This document shows, one piece after another, positions 1 to 13,700 of a stretch of 64,000 bases of DNA. Every line of letters starts with the position of its first letter. The first letter of the stretch is position 1. Origin of the DNA: Mobula hypostoma (Eukaryota); contig NC_086108.1 in NCBI RefSeq assembly GCF_963921235.1, positions 2,046,001 to 2,110,000 of the forward strand. Reading direction: 5' to 3'. The notes under the pieces are model-generated. The model worked only from the letters and a program-made list of their open reading frames with translations. It was not told the origin of the DNA and ran no database searches. Both the position numbers and the translations under genes were made by a program.

Positions 1-3000
1 TGGTCACGGGTAGAGACGAGGGAGAGTTGGTTACGGGTAGAGACGAGTGGAGTTGGTCACACGTGGAGACGAGGGGAGTTGGTCACGGGTAGAGACCGGG
101 GGAGTTGGTCATGGGTAGAGACGAGGGGAGTTGGTCACGGGTAGAGACGAGCGAGTGTTGGTCACGCGTAGAGACGAGGGGAATTGGTCCCGGGTCGAGA
201 CGAGGGAGAGTTGGTCACTGGTAGAGACGAGGGAGAGTTGGTGACGGGTAGAGACGAGGGGAGCTGGTCACGAGTAGAGACGAGGGGAGTTGGTCACGGG
301 TAGAGAAGATGGGAGTTGATCACGGGTAGAGACGAGGGGAGTTGGTCACGGGTAGAGACGAGGGGAGCTGGTCACGGGTGGAGACGAAGTGAGTTGGTCA
401 CGGGTAGAGACGAGGGGAGTTGGTCACGGGTAGAGACGAGGGGAGTTGTTCACGGGTAGAGACGAGGGGAGTTGGTCACGGGTCGAGCCGAGGGGACTTG
501 GTCACTGGTAGAGACGAGGGGAGTTGGTTACTGGTAGAGACGAGGGGGTGTTGGTCACGGGTGGAGACGAGGGGAGTTGTTCACGGGTAGAGACGAGGGG
601 AGTTGGTCACGGATAGAGACGAGGGATAGTTGGTCACGGGTAGAGACGAGGGGAGTTGGTCACGGGTAGAGACGAGGGGAGTTGGTCACGGATAGAGACG
701 AGGGATAGTTGGTCACGGGTAGAGACGAGGGGAGTTGGTCACGGGTAGAGACGAGGGGAGTTGGTCCCCGGTAGAGACAAGGGGGAGTTGGTCACGGGTA
801 GAGACGAGGGAGAGTTGGTCACGGGTAGAGACGAGGGAGAGTTGGTCACTGGTAGAGACGAGCGGAGTTGGTCACGGGGCGAGACGAGGGGAGTAGGTCA
901 CGGGTAGAGACGAGGGGAGCTGTTCACGGGTAGAGACGAGGGGAGTTGGTCACGGGTAGAGACGAGGGCAGCTGGTCACGGGTAGAGACGAGGGGAGTTG
1001 TTCATGGGTAGAGACGAGTGAGAGGTGTACATGGGTAGAGACGAGTGAGAGTTGTTCATGGGTAGAGATGAGGGGAGTTGTTCACGGGTAGACACGAGGG
1101 AGAGTTGGTCACGGGTAGAGACGAGGGGAGCTGTTCACGGGTAGAGACGAGGGGGAGTTGGTCATGGGTAGAGACGAGGGGGAGTTGGTCATGGGTAGAG
1201 ATGATGGAGAGTTGGTCACGGGTAGAGACGAGGAGAGTTGGTCATGGGTAGAGACGAAGGGAGTTGGTCACGGGTAGTGACGAGGGGGAGTTGGTCATGG
1301 GTATAGACGAGGGGAGTTGGTCACGGGTAAAGATGAAAGGGAGTTGGTCACGGGTAGAGACGAGGGGAGTTGGTCACGGGTAGAGACGAGGGGAGTTGGT
1401 CATGGGTAGAGATGACGGAGAGTTGGTCATGGGTACAGACGAGAGGAGTTGGTCATGGGTAGAGATGACGGAGAGTTGGTCACGGGTAGAGACGAGGGGC
1501 GTTGGTCACGGGTTGAGACGAGGGAGAGTTGGTCATTGGTAGAGACGAGTGGTGTTGGTCACGCGTAGAGACGAGGGGAGTTGGTCACGAGTAGATACGA
1601 GTGGAGTTGGTCACGGGTAGAGACGAGTGGAGTTGGTCACGGGTAGAGACGCAGGAGAGTTGGTCACGGGTAGAGACGAGTGGCGTTCGTTACGCGTAGA
1701 GATGAGGGGAGTTGGTCATGGATAGAGACGAGGGGAGTTGTTCTCGGGTAGAGTCGAGGGGAGTTGTTCACGGGTAGAGACGAGGGGAGTTGTTAACGGG
1801 TAGAGACGAGGGGAGTTGGTCACGGGTAGAGACGAGAGGAGTTGGTCACGGGTAGAGATGAGGGGAATTGGTCACGGGGAGAGACGACGGGGAGTTAGTC
1901 ACGGGGAGAGACGAGGGGAGTTGTTCACGGGCAGAGAGGAGGGGTGTTGGTCACGGGTAGAGAGGAGGGGTGTTGGTCACGGGTAGAGACGGGGGGAGAT
2001 GGTCACGGGTAGAGACGGGGGGAGTTGGTCACGGGTAGAGACGGGGGGATTTGATCACGGATAGAGACGAGGGGTGTTGGTCACGGGTAGAGACGACGGA
2101 GAGTTGGTCACGGGTAGAGACGAGGGGAGTTGGTCATGGGTAGAGATGATGGAGAGTTGGTCGCGGGTAGAGACGAGGAGAGTTGGTCACGGTTAGAGAC
2201 GAAGGGAGTTGGTCACGGGTAGAGACGAGGGGGAGTTGGTCACGGGTAGAGACGAGGGGGAGTTGGTCACGGGTAGAGACGAGGGGAGTTGGTCACGGTT
2301 AGAGAGGAGGGGTGTTGGTCACGGGTAGAGAGGAAGGGTGTTGGTAACGGGTATAGACGGGGGGTGTTGGTCACGGGTGGAGACGGGGGGAGTTGGTCAC
2401 GGGTAGAGATGTGGGGAGTTGGTCACGGATAGAGACGGGGGGTGTTGGTCACGGGTAGAGACGAGGGAGAGTTGGTCACGGGTAGAGACGAGGGGAGTAG
2501 GTCACGGGCAGAGACGAGGGGTGTTGGTCACGGGTAGAGACGACAGAGAGTTGGTCACGGGAAGAGACGAGGGGAGTTGGTCATGGGTAGAGATGATGGA
2601 CAGTTGGTCACGGGTAGAGACGAGGAGAGTTGGTCACGGTTAGAGACGAAGGGAGTTGGTCACGGGTAGATACGAGGGGGAGTTGGTCACGGGTAGAGAC
2701 GAGGGGGAGTTGGTCACGGGTAGAGACGAGGGGAGTTGGTCACGGGTAGAGAGGAGCGGTGTTGGTCACGGGTATAGACGGGGGGAGTTGGTCACGGGTG
2801 GAGACGGGAGGAGATGGTCACGGATAGAGACGGGGGGAGTTGGTCACGGATAGAGACGGGTGGTGTTGGTCACGGGTAGAGACGAGGGAGAGTTGGTCAC
2901 GGGTAGTGACGAGGGGAGTTGGTCACGGGCAGAGACGAGGGGAGCTGGTCACGGGTAGAGACGAGGGGAGCTGGTCACGGGTAGAGACGAGGAGAGTTGG

Positions 3001-4200
3001 TCACGGGTAGAGACGAGGGAGATTTGGTCACGGGTAGAGACGAGGGGAGATGGTCACGGGTAGAGACGAGGGGAGTTGGTCACGGATAGAGACGGTGGGT
3101 GTTGGTCACGGGTGGAGACGAGGGAGAGTTGGTCACGGGTAGAGACGAGGGGAGTTGGTCACGGGCAGAGACGAGGGGAGCTGGTCACGGGTAGAGACGA
3201 GGGGAGCTGGTCACGGGTAGAGACGATGGGAGTTGGTCACGGGTAGAGACGAGGGGAGTTGGTCACGGGTAGAGACGAGGGAGATTTGGTCACGGGTAGA
3301 GACGAGGGGAGTTTTTCACTATTAGAGACGAGGGGAGTTGGTCACTGGTAGAGAAGAGGGGGAGTTGGTCACTGGTAGAGACGAGGGGAGTTGGTCACGG
3401 GTAGAGACGAGGGGGAGTTGGTCATGGGTAGAGACGAGGGGGAGTTGTTCATGGGTAGAGATGATGGAGAGTTGGTCACGGGTAGAGACGAGGAGAGTTG
3501 GTAATGGGTAGAGACGAAGGGAGTTGGTCACGGGTAGAGACGAGGGGGAGTTGGTCACGGGTAGAGACGAGGGGAGTTGGTCACGGTTAAAGATGAGAGG
3601 GAGTTGGTCACGGGTAGAGACGAGGGGAGTTGGTCACGGGTAGAGACGAGGGGAGTTGGTCATGGGTAGAGATGACGGAGAGTTGGTCATCGGTAGAGAC
3701 GAGGGGAATTGGTCATGGGTAGAGATGACGGAGAGTTGGTCACGGGTAGAGACGAGGGGCGTTGGTCACGGTTAGAGACGAGGGAGAGTTGGTCATTGGT
3801 AGAGACGAGGGGTGTTGGTCACGCGTAGAGACGAGGGGAGTTGGTCACGGGTAGATACGAGTGGAGTTGATCACGGGTAGAAACGAGTGGAGTTGGTCAC
3901 GGGTAGAGACGCGGGAGAGTTGGTCACGGGTAGAGACGAGTGGCGTTCGTTACGCGTAGAGTTGAGGGGAGTTGGTCACGGATAGAGACGAGGGGAGTTG
4001 TTCTCGGGTAGAGTCGACGGGAGTTGTTCACGGATAGAGACGAGGGAAGTTGTTAACGGGTAGAGACGACGGGAGTTGGTCACGGGTAGAGACGAGGGAA
4101 AGTTGGTCACGGGTAGAGACGAGTGGAGTTGGTGACGGGGAGAGACGATGGGGAGTTGGTCACGGGGAGAGACGAGTGGAGTTTGTCACGGGTAGAGACG
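1..4200 (+). repeat. Sub-family A block (left); boundary approximate
   Basis: Carries the diagnostic variant TGGCGTTCGTTACGCG at 1681 and 3941, plus GTTGTTCTCGGGTAGAGTCGA, GTTAAC, GAGCTGG and CACGGATAG variants. It lacks the B marker. Confidence 0.8.
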
Positions 4201-6699
4201 AGGGGAGTTGGTCACGGGTAGAGACGAGGGAGAGTTGGTCACGGGTAGAGACGAGGGAGAGTTGGTCACGGGTAGAGACGAGGGGAGTTGGTCACGGGTA
4301 GAGACGAGGGGGAGTTGGTCACGGGTAGAGACGAGGGGGAGTTGGTCACGGGTAGAGAGGAGGGAGAGTTGGTCACGGGTAGAGATGATGGAGTGTTGGT
4401 CACGGGTAGAGACGAGGGGAGTTGGTCATGGGTGGAGACGAAGCGAGTTGGTCACGGGTAGAGATGAGGGGGAGTTGGTCATGGGTAGAGATGAGGGGGA
4501 GTTGGTTACGGGTGGAGACGAGGGGAGTTGCTCACGTGTAAAGATGAGAGGTAGTTGGTCACGGGTAGAGACGAGGGGAGTTGGTCACGGGTAGAGACGA
4601 GGGGAATTGGTCACGGGTAGAGATGAGGGAGAGTTGGTCATTGGTAGAGATGAGGGGAGTTGGTCATGCGTAGAGATGAGCGGAGTTTGTCACGGGTAGA
4701 GACAAGGGGAGTTGGTCACGGGTAGAGAAGAGGGAGAGTTGGTCACGGGTAGAGACGAGGGAGAGTTGCTCACGGGTAGAGACGAGGGGTGTTGGTCACG
4801 GGTAGAGACGAGGGAGATTTGTTCACGGGTAGAGGCGAGGGAGAGTTGGTCACGGGTAGAGACGAGGGAGAGTGGGTCACGGGTAGAGAGGAGGGTGAGT
4901 TGTTCACGGGTAGAGACGACGGGAGTTGGTCATGGGTTGAGACGAAGGGAGTTGGTCACGGGTAGAGACGAGGGAGAGTTGGTCACGGGTAGAGACGAGG
5001 GAGAGTTGGTCACGGGTAGAGACGAGGGGAGTTGGTCACGGGTAGAGACGAGGGGGAGTTGGTCACGGGTAGAGAGGAGGGAGAGTTGGTCACGGGTAGA
5101 GATGATGGAGTGTTGGTCACGGGTAGAGACGAGGGGAGTTGGTCATGGGTAGAGACGAAGGGAGTTGGTCACGGGTTGAGATGAGGGGGAGTTGGTCATG
5201 GGTAGAGATGAGGGGGACTTGGTTACGGGTAGAGACGAGGGGAGTTGCTCACGTGTAAAGATGAGAGGTAGTTGGTCACGGGTAGAAACGAGGCGAGTTG
5301 GAAACGGGTAGAGACGAGGGGAGTTGGTCACGGGTTGAGACGAGGGGAGTTGGTCACGGGTAGAGATGAGGGAGAGTTGGTCATTGGTAGAGATGAGGGG
5401 AGTTGGTCATGCGTAGAGATGAGGGGAGTTTGTCATGGGTAGAGACAAGTGGAGTTGGTCACGGGTAGAGAAGAGGGAGAGTTGGTCACGGGTAGAGACG
5501 AGGGAGAGTTGGTCACGGGTAGAGACGAGGGGAGTTTGTCACGGGTAGAGACAAGGGGAGTTGGTCACGGGTAGAGAAGAGGGAGAGTTGGTCACGGGTA
5601 GAGACGAGGGAGAGTTGGTCACGGGTAGAGACGGGGGGAGTTGGTCATGGGTAGAGATGACGGAGAGTTGGTCATGGGTAGAGACGAGGGGAGTTGGTCA
5701 TGGGTAGAGATGAGGGAGAGTTGTTCATGGGTAGAGACGAGGGAGAGTTGGTCACTGGTAGAGACGAGGGAGAGTTGGTCACGGGTAGAGACGAGGGAGA
5801 GTTGGTAACGGGTAGAGACGAGGGAGAGTTGGTCACGGGTAGAGACGAGGGGTGTTGGTCACGGGTAGAGACGAGGGAGATTTGTTCACGGGTAGAGACA
5901 AGGGGAGTTGGTCACGGGTAGAGAAGAGGGAGAGTTGGTCACGGGTAGAGACGACGGAGAGTTGGTCACGGGTAGAGACGGGGGGAGTTGGTCATGGGTA
6001 GAGATGACGGAGTGTTGGTCATGGGTAGAGATGACGGAGAGTTGGTCATGGGTAGAGACGAGGGGACTTGGTCATGGGTAGAGATGAGGGAGAGTTGTTC
6101 ATGGGTAGAGACGAGGGAGAGTTGGTCACTGGTAGAGACGAGGGAGAGTTGGTCACGGGTAGAGACGAGGGAGAGTTGGTAACGGGTAGAGACGAGGGGA
6201 GTTGGTGACGGGTAGAGACGAGGGGAGTTGGTCACGGGCAGAGACGAGGGGAGTTTGTCACGGGTAGAGACGAGGGGGAGTTGTTCATGGGTAGAGACGA
6301 GGGGGAGTTGGTCATGGGTAGAGATGATGGAGAGTTGGTCACGGGTAGAGACGAGGAGAGTTGGTCATGGGTAGAGACGAAGGGAGTTGGTCACGGGTAG
6401 AGACGAGGGGGAGTTGGTCACGGGAGGGGACGAGGGGAGTTGGTCACGGTTAAAGATGAGAGGGAGTTGGTCACGGGTAGAGACGAGGGGAGTTGGTCAC
6501 GGGTAGAGACGAGGGGAGTTGGTCACGGGTAGAGATGAGGGAGAGTTGGTCATTGGTAGAGATGAGGGGAGTTGGTCATGCGTAGAGACGAGGGGAGATG
6601 GTCACGGGTAGAGACAAGGGGAGTTGGTCACGGGTAGAGAAGAGGGAGAGTTGGTCACGGGTAGAGACGACGGAGAGTTGGTCACGGGTAGAGACGGGG

Positions 6700-9600
6700 G
6701 GAGTTGGTCATGGGTAGAGATGACGGAGTGTTGGTCATGGGTAGAGATGACGGAGAGTTGGTCATGGGTAGAGACGAGGGGACTTGGTCATGGGTAGAGA
6801 GGAGGGAGAGTTGTTCATGGGTAGAGACGAGGGAGAGTTGGTCACTGGTAGAGACGAGGGAGAGTTGGTCACGGGTAGAGACGAGGGAGAGTTGGTAACG
6901 GGTAGAGACGAGGGGAGTTGGTCACGGGTAGAGACGAGGGGAGTTGGTCACGGGCTGAGACGAGGGGAGTTTGTCACGGGTAGAGACGAGGGGGAGTTGT
7001 TCATGGGTAGAGACGAGCGGGAGTTGGTCATGGGTAGAGATGATGGAGAGTTGGTCACGGGTAGAGACGAGGAGAGTTGGTCATGGGTAGAGACGAAGGG
7101 AGTTGGTCACGGGTAGAGACGAGGGGGAGTTGGTCACGGGTAGAGACGAGGGGAGTTGGTCATGGGTAGAGTTGACGGAGAGTTGGTCACGGGTAGAGAC
7201 GAGGGGCGTTGGTCACGGGTAGAGACGAGGGAGAGTTGGTCATTGGTAGAGACGAGGGGAGTTGGTCACGGGTAGAGACGAGGGAAAGTTGGTCACGGGT
7301 AGAGACGAGGGGAGTTGGTCACGGGGAGAGACGAGGGGGAGTTGGTCACGGGGAGAGACGAGGGGAGTTGGTCACGGGTAGAGACGAGGGGAGTTCGTCA
7401 CGGGTAGAGACGAGGGAGAGTTGCTCATGGGTAGAGACGAGGGAGAGATGGTCACGGGTAGAGACGAGGGGAGTTGTTCACGGGTAGAGACGACGGGGAG
7501 TTGGTCACGGGTAGAGACGAGGGGGAGTTGGTCACGGGTAGAGAGGAGGGAGAGTTGGTCACGGGTAGAGATGATGGAGTGTTGGTCACGGGTAGAGACG
7601 AAGGGAGTTGGTCATGGGTAGAGACGAAGGGAGTTGGTCACGGGTAGAGATGAGGGGGAGTTGGTCATGGGTAGAGATGAGGGGGAGTTGGTTACGGGTA
7701 GAGACGAGGGGAGTTGCTCACGTGTAAAGATGAGAGGTAGTTGGTCACGGGTAGAGACGAGGGGAGTTGGTCACGGGTAGAGACGAGGGGAGTTGGTCAC
7801 GGGTAGAGATGAGGGAGAGTTGGTCATTGGTAGAGATGAGGGGAGTTGGTCATGCGTAGAGATGAGGGGAGTTTGTCACGGGTAGAGACAAGGGGAGTTG
7901 GTCACGGGTAGAGAAGAGGGAGAGTTGGTCACGGGTAGAGACGAGGGAGAGTTGGTCACGGGTAGAGACGGGGGGAGTTGGTCACGGGTAGAGAGGACGG
8001 AGTGTTGGTCATGGGTAGAGATGACGGAGAGTTGGTCATGGGTAGAGACGAGGGGAGTTGGTCATGGGTAGAGATGAGGGAGAGTTGTTCATGGGTAGAG
8101 ACGAGGGAGAGTTGGTCACTGGTATAGACGAGCGAGAGTTGGTCATGGGTAGAGACGAGGGAGAGTTGGTAACGGGTAGAGACGAGGGAGAGTTGGTCAC
8201 GGGTAGAGACGAGGGAGAGTTGTTCGTGGGTAGAGACGAGGGAGAGTTGGTAACGGGTAGAGACCAGGGAGAGTTGGTCATGGGTAGAGACGAGGGGTGT
8301 TGGTCACGGGTAGAGACGAGGGAGATTTGTTCACGGGTAGAGGCGAGGGAGAGTTGGTCACGGGTTGAGACGAGAGAGAGTGGGTCACGGGTAGAGACGA
8401 GGGTGAGTTGTTAACGGGTAGAGACGAGGGGAGTTGGTCATGGGTAGAGACGAAGGGAGTTGGTCACGGGTAGAGATGAGGGGGAGTTGGTCATGGGTAG
8501 AGATGATGGAGAGTTGGTCACGGGTAGAGACGAGGAGAGTTGGTCATGGGTAGAGACGAAGGGAGTTGGTCACGGGTAGAGACGAGGGGGAGTTGGTCAC
8601 GGGTAGAGACGAAGGGGAGTTGGTCACGGGTAGAGACGAGGGGAGTTGGTCATGGGTAGAGATGACGGAGAGTTGGTCATGGGTAGAGATGACGGAGAGT
8701 TGGTCATGGGTAGAGACGAGGGGACTTGGTCATGGGTAGAGAGGAGGGAGAGTTGTTCATGGGTAGAGACGAGGGAGAGTAGGTCACTGGTAGAGACGAG
8801 GGAGAGTTGGTCACGGGTAGAGACGAGGGAGAGTTGGTAACGGGTAGAGACGAGGGGAGTTGGTCACGGGTAGAGACGAGGGGAGTTGGTCACGGGCTGA
8901 GACGAGGGGAGTTTGTCACGGGTAGAGACGAGGGGGAGTTGTTCATGGGTAGAGACGAGCGGGAGTTGGTCATGGGTAGAGATGATGGAGAGTTGGTCAC
9001 GGGTAGAGACGAGGAGAGTTGGTCATGGGTAGAGACGAAGGGAGTTGGTCACGGGTAGAGACGAGGGGGAGTTGGTCACGGGTAGAGACGAGGGGAGTTG
9101 GTCATGGTTAAAGATGAGAGGGAGTTGGTCACGGGTAGAGACGAAGGGGAGTTGGTCACGGGTTGAGACGAGGGGAGTTGGTCATGGGTAGAGTTGACGG
9201 AGAGTTGGTCACGGGTAGAGACGAGGGGCGTTGGTCACGGGTAGAGACGAGGGAGAGTTGGTCATTGGTAGAGACGAGGGGAGTTGGTCACGGGTAGAGA
9301 CGAGGGAAAGTTGGTCACTGGTAGAGACGAGGGGAGTTGGTCACGGGGAGAGACGAGGGGGAGTTGGTCACGGGGAGAGACGAGGGGAGTTGGTCACGGG
9401 TAGAGACGAGGGGAGTTCGTCACGGGTAGAGACGAGGGAGAGTTGCTCATGGGTAGAGACGAGGGAGAGATGGTCACGGGTAGAGACGAGGGGAGTTGTT
9501 CACGGGTAGAGACGACGGGGAGTTGGTCACGGGTAGAGACGAGGGGGAGTTGGTCACGGGTAGAGAGGAGGGAGAGTTGGTCACGGGTAGAGATGATGGA

Positions 9601-10700
9601 GTGTTGGTCACGGGTAGAGACGAAGGGAGTTGGTCATGGGTAGAGACGAAGGGAGTTGGTCACGGGTAGAGATGAGGGGGAGTTGGTCATGGGTAGAGAT
9701 GAGGGGGAGTTGGTTACGGGTAGAGACGAGGGGAGTTGCTCACGTGTAAAGATGAGAGGTAGTTGGTCACGGGTAGAGACGAGGGGAGTTGGTCACGGGT
9801 AGAGACGAGGGGAGTTGGTCACGGGTAGAGATGAGGGAGAGTTGGTCATTGGTAGAGATGAGGGGAGTTGGTCATGCGTAGAGATGAGGGGAGTTTGTCA
9901 CGGGTAGAGACAAGGGGAGTTGGTCACGGGTAGAGAAGAGGGAGAGTTGGTCACGGGTAGAGACGAGGGAGAGTTGGTCACGGGTAGAGACGGGGGGAGT
10001 TGGTCACGGGTAGAGAGTACGGAGTGTTGGTCATGGGTAGAGATGACGGAGAGTTGGTCATGGGTAGAGACGAGGGGAGTTGGTCATGGGTAGAGATGAG
10101 GGAGAGTTGTTCATGGGTAGAGACGAGGGAGAGTTGGTCACTGGTATAGACGAGCGAGAGTTGGTCATGGGTAGAGACGAGGGAGAGTTGGTAACGGGTA
10201 GAGACGAGGGAGAGTTGGTCACGGGTAGAGACGAGGGAGAGTTGTTCGTGGGTAGAGACGAGGGAGAGTTGGTAACGGGTAGAGACCAGGGAGAGTTGGT
10301 CATGGGTAGAGACGAGGGGTGTTGGTCACGGGTAGAGACGAGGGAGATTTGTTCACGGGTAGAGGCGAGGGAGAGTTGGTCACGGGTTGAGACGAGGGAG
10401 AGTGGGTCACGGGTAGAGACGAGGGTGAGTTGTTAACGGGTAGAGACGAGGGGAGTTGGTCATGGGTAGAGACGAAGGGAGTTGGTCACGGGTAGAGATG
10501 AGGGGGAGTTGGTCATGGGTAGAGATGATGGAGAGTTGGTCACGGGTAGAGACGAGGAGAGTTGGTCATGGGTAGAGACGAAGGGAGTTGGTCACGGGTA
10601 GAGACGAGGGGGAGTTGGTCACGGGTAGAGACGAAGGGGAGTTGGTCACGGGTAGAGACGATGGGAGTTGGTCATGGGTAGAGATGACGGAGAGTTGGTC
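6700..10700 (+). repeat. Higher-order tandem duplication, period 1942 then 2022 bp
   Basis: CACGGGCTGAG at 6949/8891 gives 1942. The B marker at 7719/9741 and ORF pairs 7209/9231, 7421/9443 and 8058/10080 all give 2022. Confidence 0.85.
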
Positions 10701-13700
10701 ATGGGTAGAGACGAGGGGAGTTGGTCATGGGTAGAGTTGACGGAGAGTTGGTCATGGGTAGAGACGAGGGGCGTTGGTCACGGGTAGAGACGAGGGAGAG
10801 TTGGTCATTGGTAGAGACGAGGGGAGTTGGTCACGGGTAGAGACGAGGGAAAGTTGGTCACGGGTAGAGACGAGGGGAGTTGGTCACGGGGAGAGACGAG
10901 GGGGAGTTGGTCACGGGGAGAGACGAGGGGAGTTGGTCACGGGTAGAGATGAGGGGAGTTGGTCACGGGTCGAGACGAGGGAGAGTTGCTCAGGGGTAGA
11001 GACGAGGGAGAGTTGGTCACGGGTAGAGACGAGGGGAGTTGGTCACGGGTAGAGAATAGGGAGAGTTGGTCACGGGTAGAGACGACGGAGAGTTGGTCAC
11101 GGGTAGAGACGGGGGGAGGTGGTCATGGGTAGAGATGACGGAGTGTTCGTCATGGGTAGAGATGACGGGGAGTTGGTCATGGGTAGAGACGAGGGGGAGT
11201 TGGTCATGGGTAGAGATGATGGAGAGTTGGTCACGGGTAGAGACGAGGAGAGTTGGTCATGGGTAGAGACGAAGGGAGTTGGTCACGGGTAGAGACGAGG
11301 GGGAGTTGGTCACGGGAGGGGACGAGGGGAGTTGGTCACGGTTAAAGATGAGAGGGAGTTGGTCACGGGTAGAGACGAGGGGAGTTGGTCACGGGTAGAG
11401 ACGAGGGGAGTTGGTCACGGGTAGAGATGAGGGAGAGTTGGTCATTGGTAGAGATGAGGGGAGTTGGTCATGCGTAGAGACGAGGGGAGATGGTCACGGG
11501 TAGAGACAAGGGGAGTTGGTCACGGGTAGAGAAGAGGGAGAGTTGGTCACGGGTAGAGACGACGGAGAGTTGGTCACGGGTAGAGACGGGGGGAGTTGGT
11601 CATGGGTAGAGATGACCGAGTGTTGGTCATGGGTAGAGATGACGGAGAGTTGGTCATGGGTAGAGACGAGGGGACTTGGTCATGGGTAGAGAGGAGGGAG
11701 AGTTGTTCATGGGTAGAGACGAGGGAGAGTTGGTCACTGGTAGAGACGAGGGAGAGTTGGTCACGGGTAGAGACGAGGGAGAGTTGGTAACGGGTAGAGA
11801 CGAGGGGAGTTGGTCACGGGTAGAGACGAGGGGAGTTGGTCACGGGCTGAGACGAGGGGAGTTTGTCACGGGTAGAGACGAGGGGGAGTTGTTCATGGGT
11901 AGAGACGAGCGGGAGTTGGTCATGGGTAGAGATGATGGAGAGTTGGTCACGGGTAGAGACGAGGAGAGTTGGTCATGGGTAGAGACGAAGGGAGTTGGTC
12001 ACGGGTAGAGACGAGGGGGAGTTGGTCACGGGTAGAGACGAGGGGAGTTGGTCACGGTTAAAGATGAGAGGGAGTTGGTCACGGGTAGAGACGAAGGGGA
12101 GTTGGTCACGGGTTGAGACGAGGGGAGTTGGTCATGGGTAGAGTTGACGGAGAGTTGGTCACGGGTAGAGACGAGGGGCGTTGGTCACGGGTAGAGACGA
12201 GGGAGAGTTGGTCATTGGTAGAGACGAGGGGAGTTGGTCACGGGTAGAGACGAGGGAAAGTTGGTCACGGGTAGAGACGAGGGGAGTTGGTCACGGGGAG
12301 AGACGAGGGGGAGTTGGTCACGGGGAGAGACGAGGGGAGTTGGTCACGGGTAGAGACGAGGGAGAGTTGCTCATGGGTAGAGACGAGGGAGAGATGGTCA
12401 CGGGTAGAGACGAGGGGAGTTGTTCACGGGTAGAGACGACGGGGAGTTGGTCACGGGTAGAGACGAGGGGGAGTTGGTCACGGGTAGAGAGGAGGGAGAG
12501 TTGGTCACGGGTAGAGATGATGGAGTGTTGGTCACGGGTAGAGACAAAGGGAGTTGGTCATGGGTAGAGACGAAGGGAGTTGGTCACGGGTAGAGATGAG
12601 GGGGAGTTGGTCATGGGTAGAGATGAGGGGGAGTTGGTTACGGGTAGAGACGAGGGGAGTTGCTCACGTGTAAAGATGAGAGGTAGTTGGTCACGGGTAG
12701 AGACGAGGGGAGTTGGTCACGGGTAGAGACGAGGGGAGTTGGTCACGGGTAGAGATGAGGGAGAGTTGGTCATTGGTAGAGATGAGGGGAGTTGGTCATG
12801 CGTAGAGATGAGGGGAGTTTGTCACGGGTAGAGACAAGGGGAGTTGGTCACGGGTAGAGAAGAGGGAGAGTTGGTCACGGGTAGAGACGAGGGAGAGTTG
12901 GTCACGGGTAGAGACGGGGGGAGTTGGTCACGGGTAGAGAGGACGGAGTGTTGGTCATGGGTAGAGATGACGGAGAGTTGGTCATGGGTAGAGACGAGGG
13001 GAGTTGGTCATGGGTAGAGATGAGGGAGAGTTGTTCATGGGTAGAGACGAGGGAGAGTTGGACACTGGTATAGACGAGCGAGAGTTGGTCATGGGTAGAG
13101 ACGAGGGAGAGTTGGTAACGGGTAGAGACGAGGGAGAGTTGGTCACGGGTAGAGACGAGGGAGAGTTGTTCGTGGGTAGAGACGAGGGAGAGTTGGTAAC
13201 GGGTAGAGACCAGGGAGAGTTGGTCATGGGTAGAGACGAGGGGTGTTGGTCACGGGTAGAGACGAGGGAGATTTGTTCACGGGTAGAGGCGAGGGAGAGT
13301 TGGTCACGGGTTGAGACGAGGGAGAGTGGGTCACGGGTAGAGACGAGGGTGAGTTGTTAACGGGTAGAGACGAGGGGAGTTGGTCATGGGTAGAGACGAA
13401 GGGAGTTGGTCACGGGTAGAGATGAGGGGGAGTTGGTCATGGGTAGAGATGATGGAGAGTTGGTCACGGGTAGAGACGAGGAGAGTTGGTCATGGGTAGA
13501 GACGAAGGGAGTTGGTCACGGGTAGAGACGAGGGGGAGTTGGTCACGGGTAGAGACGAAGGGGAGTTGGTCACGGGTAGAGACGAGGGGAGTTGGTCATG
13601 GGTAGAGATGACGGAGAGTTGGTCATGGGTAGAGACGAGGGGAGTTGGTCATGGGTAGAGTTGACGGAGAGTTGGTCACGGGTAGAGACGAGGGGCGTTG

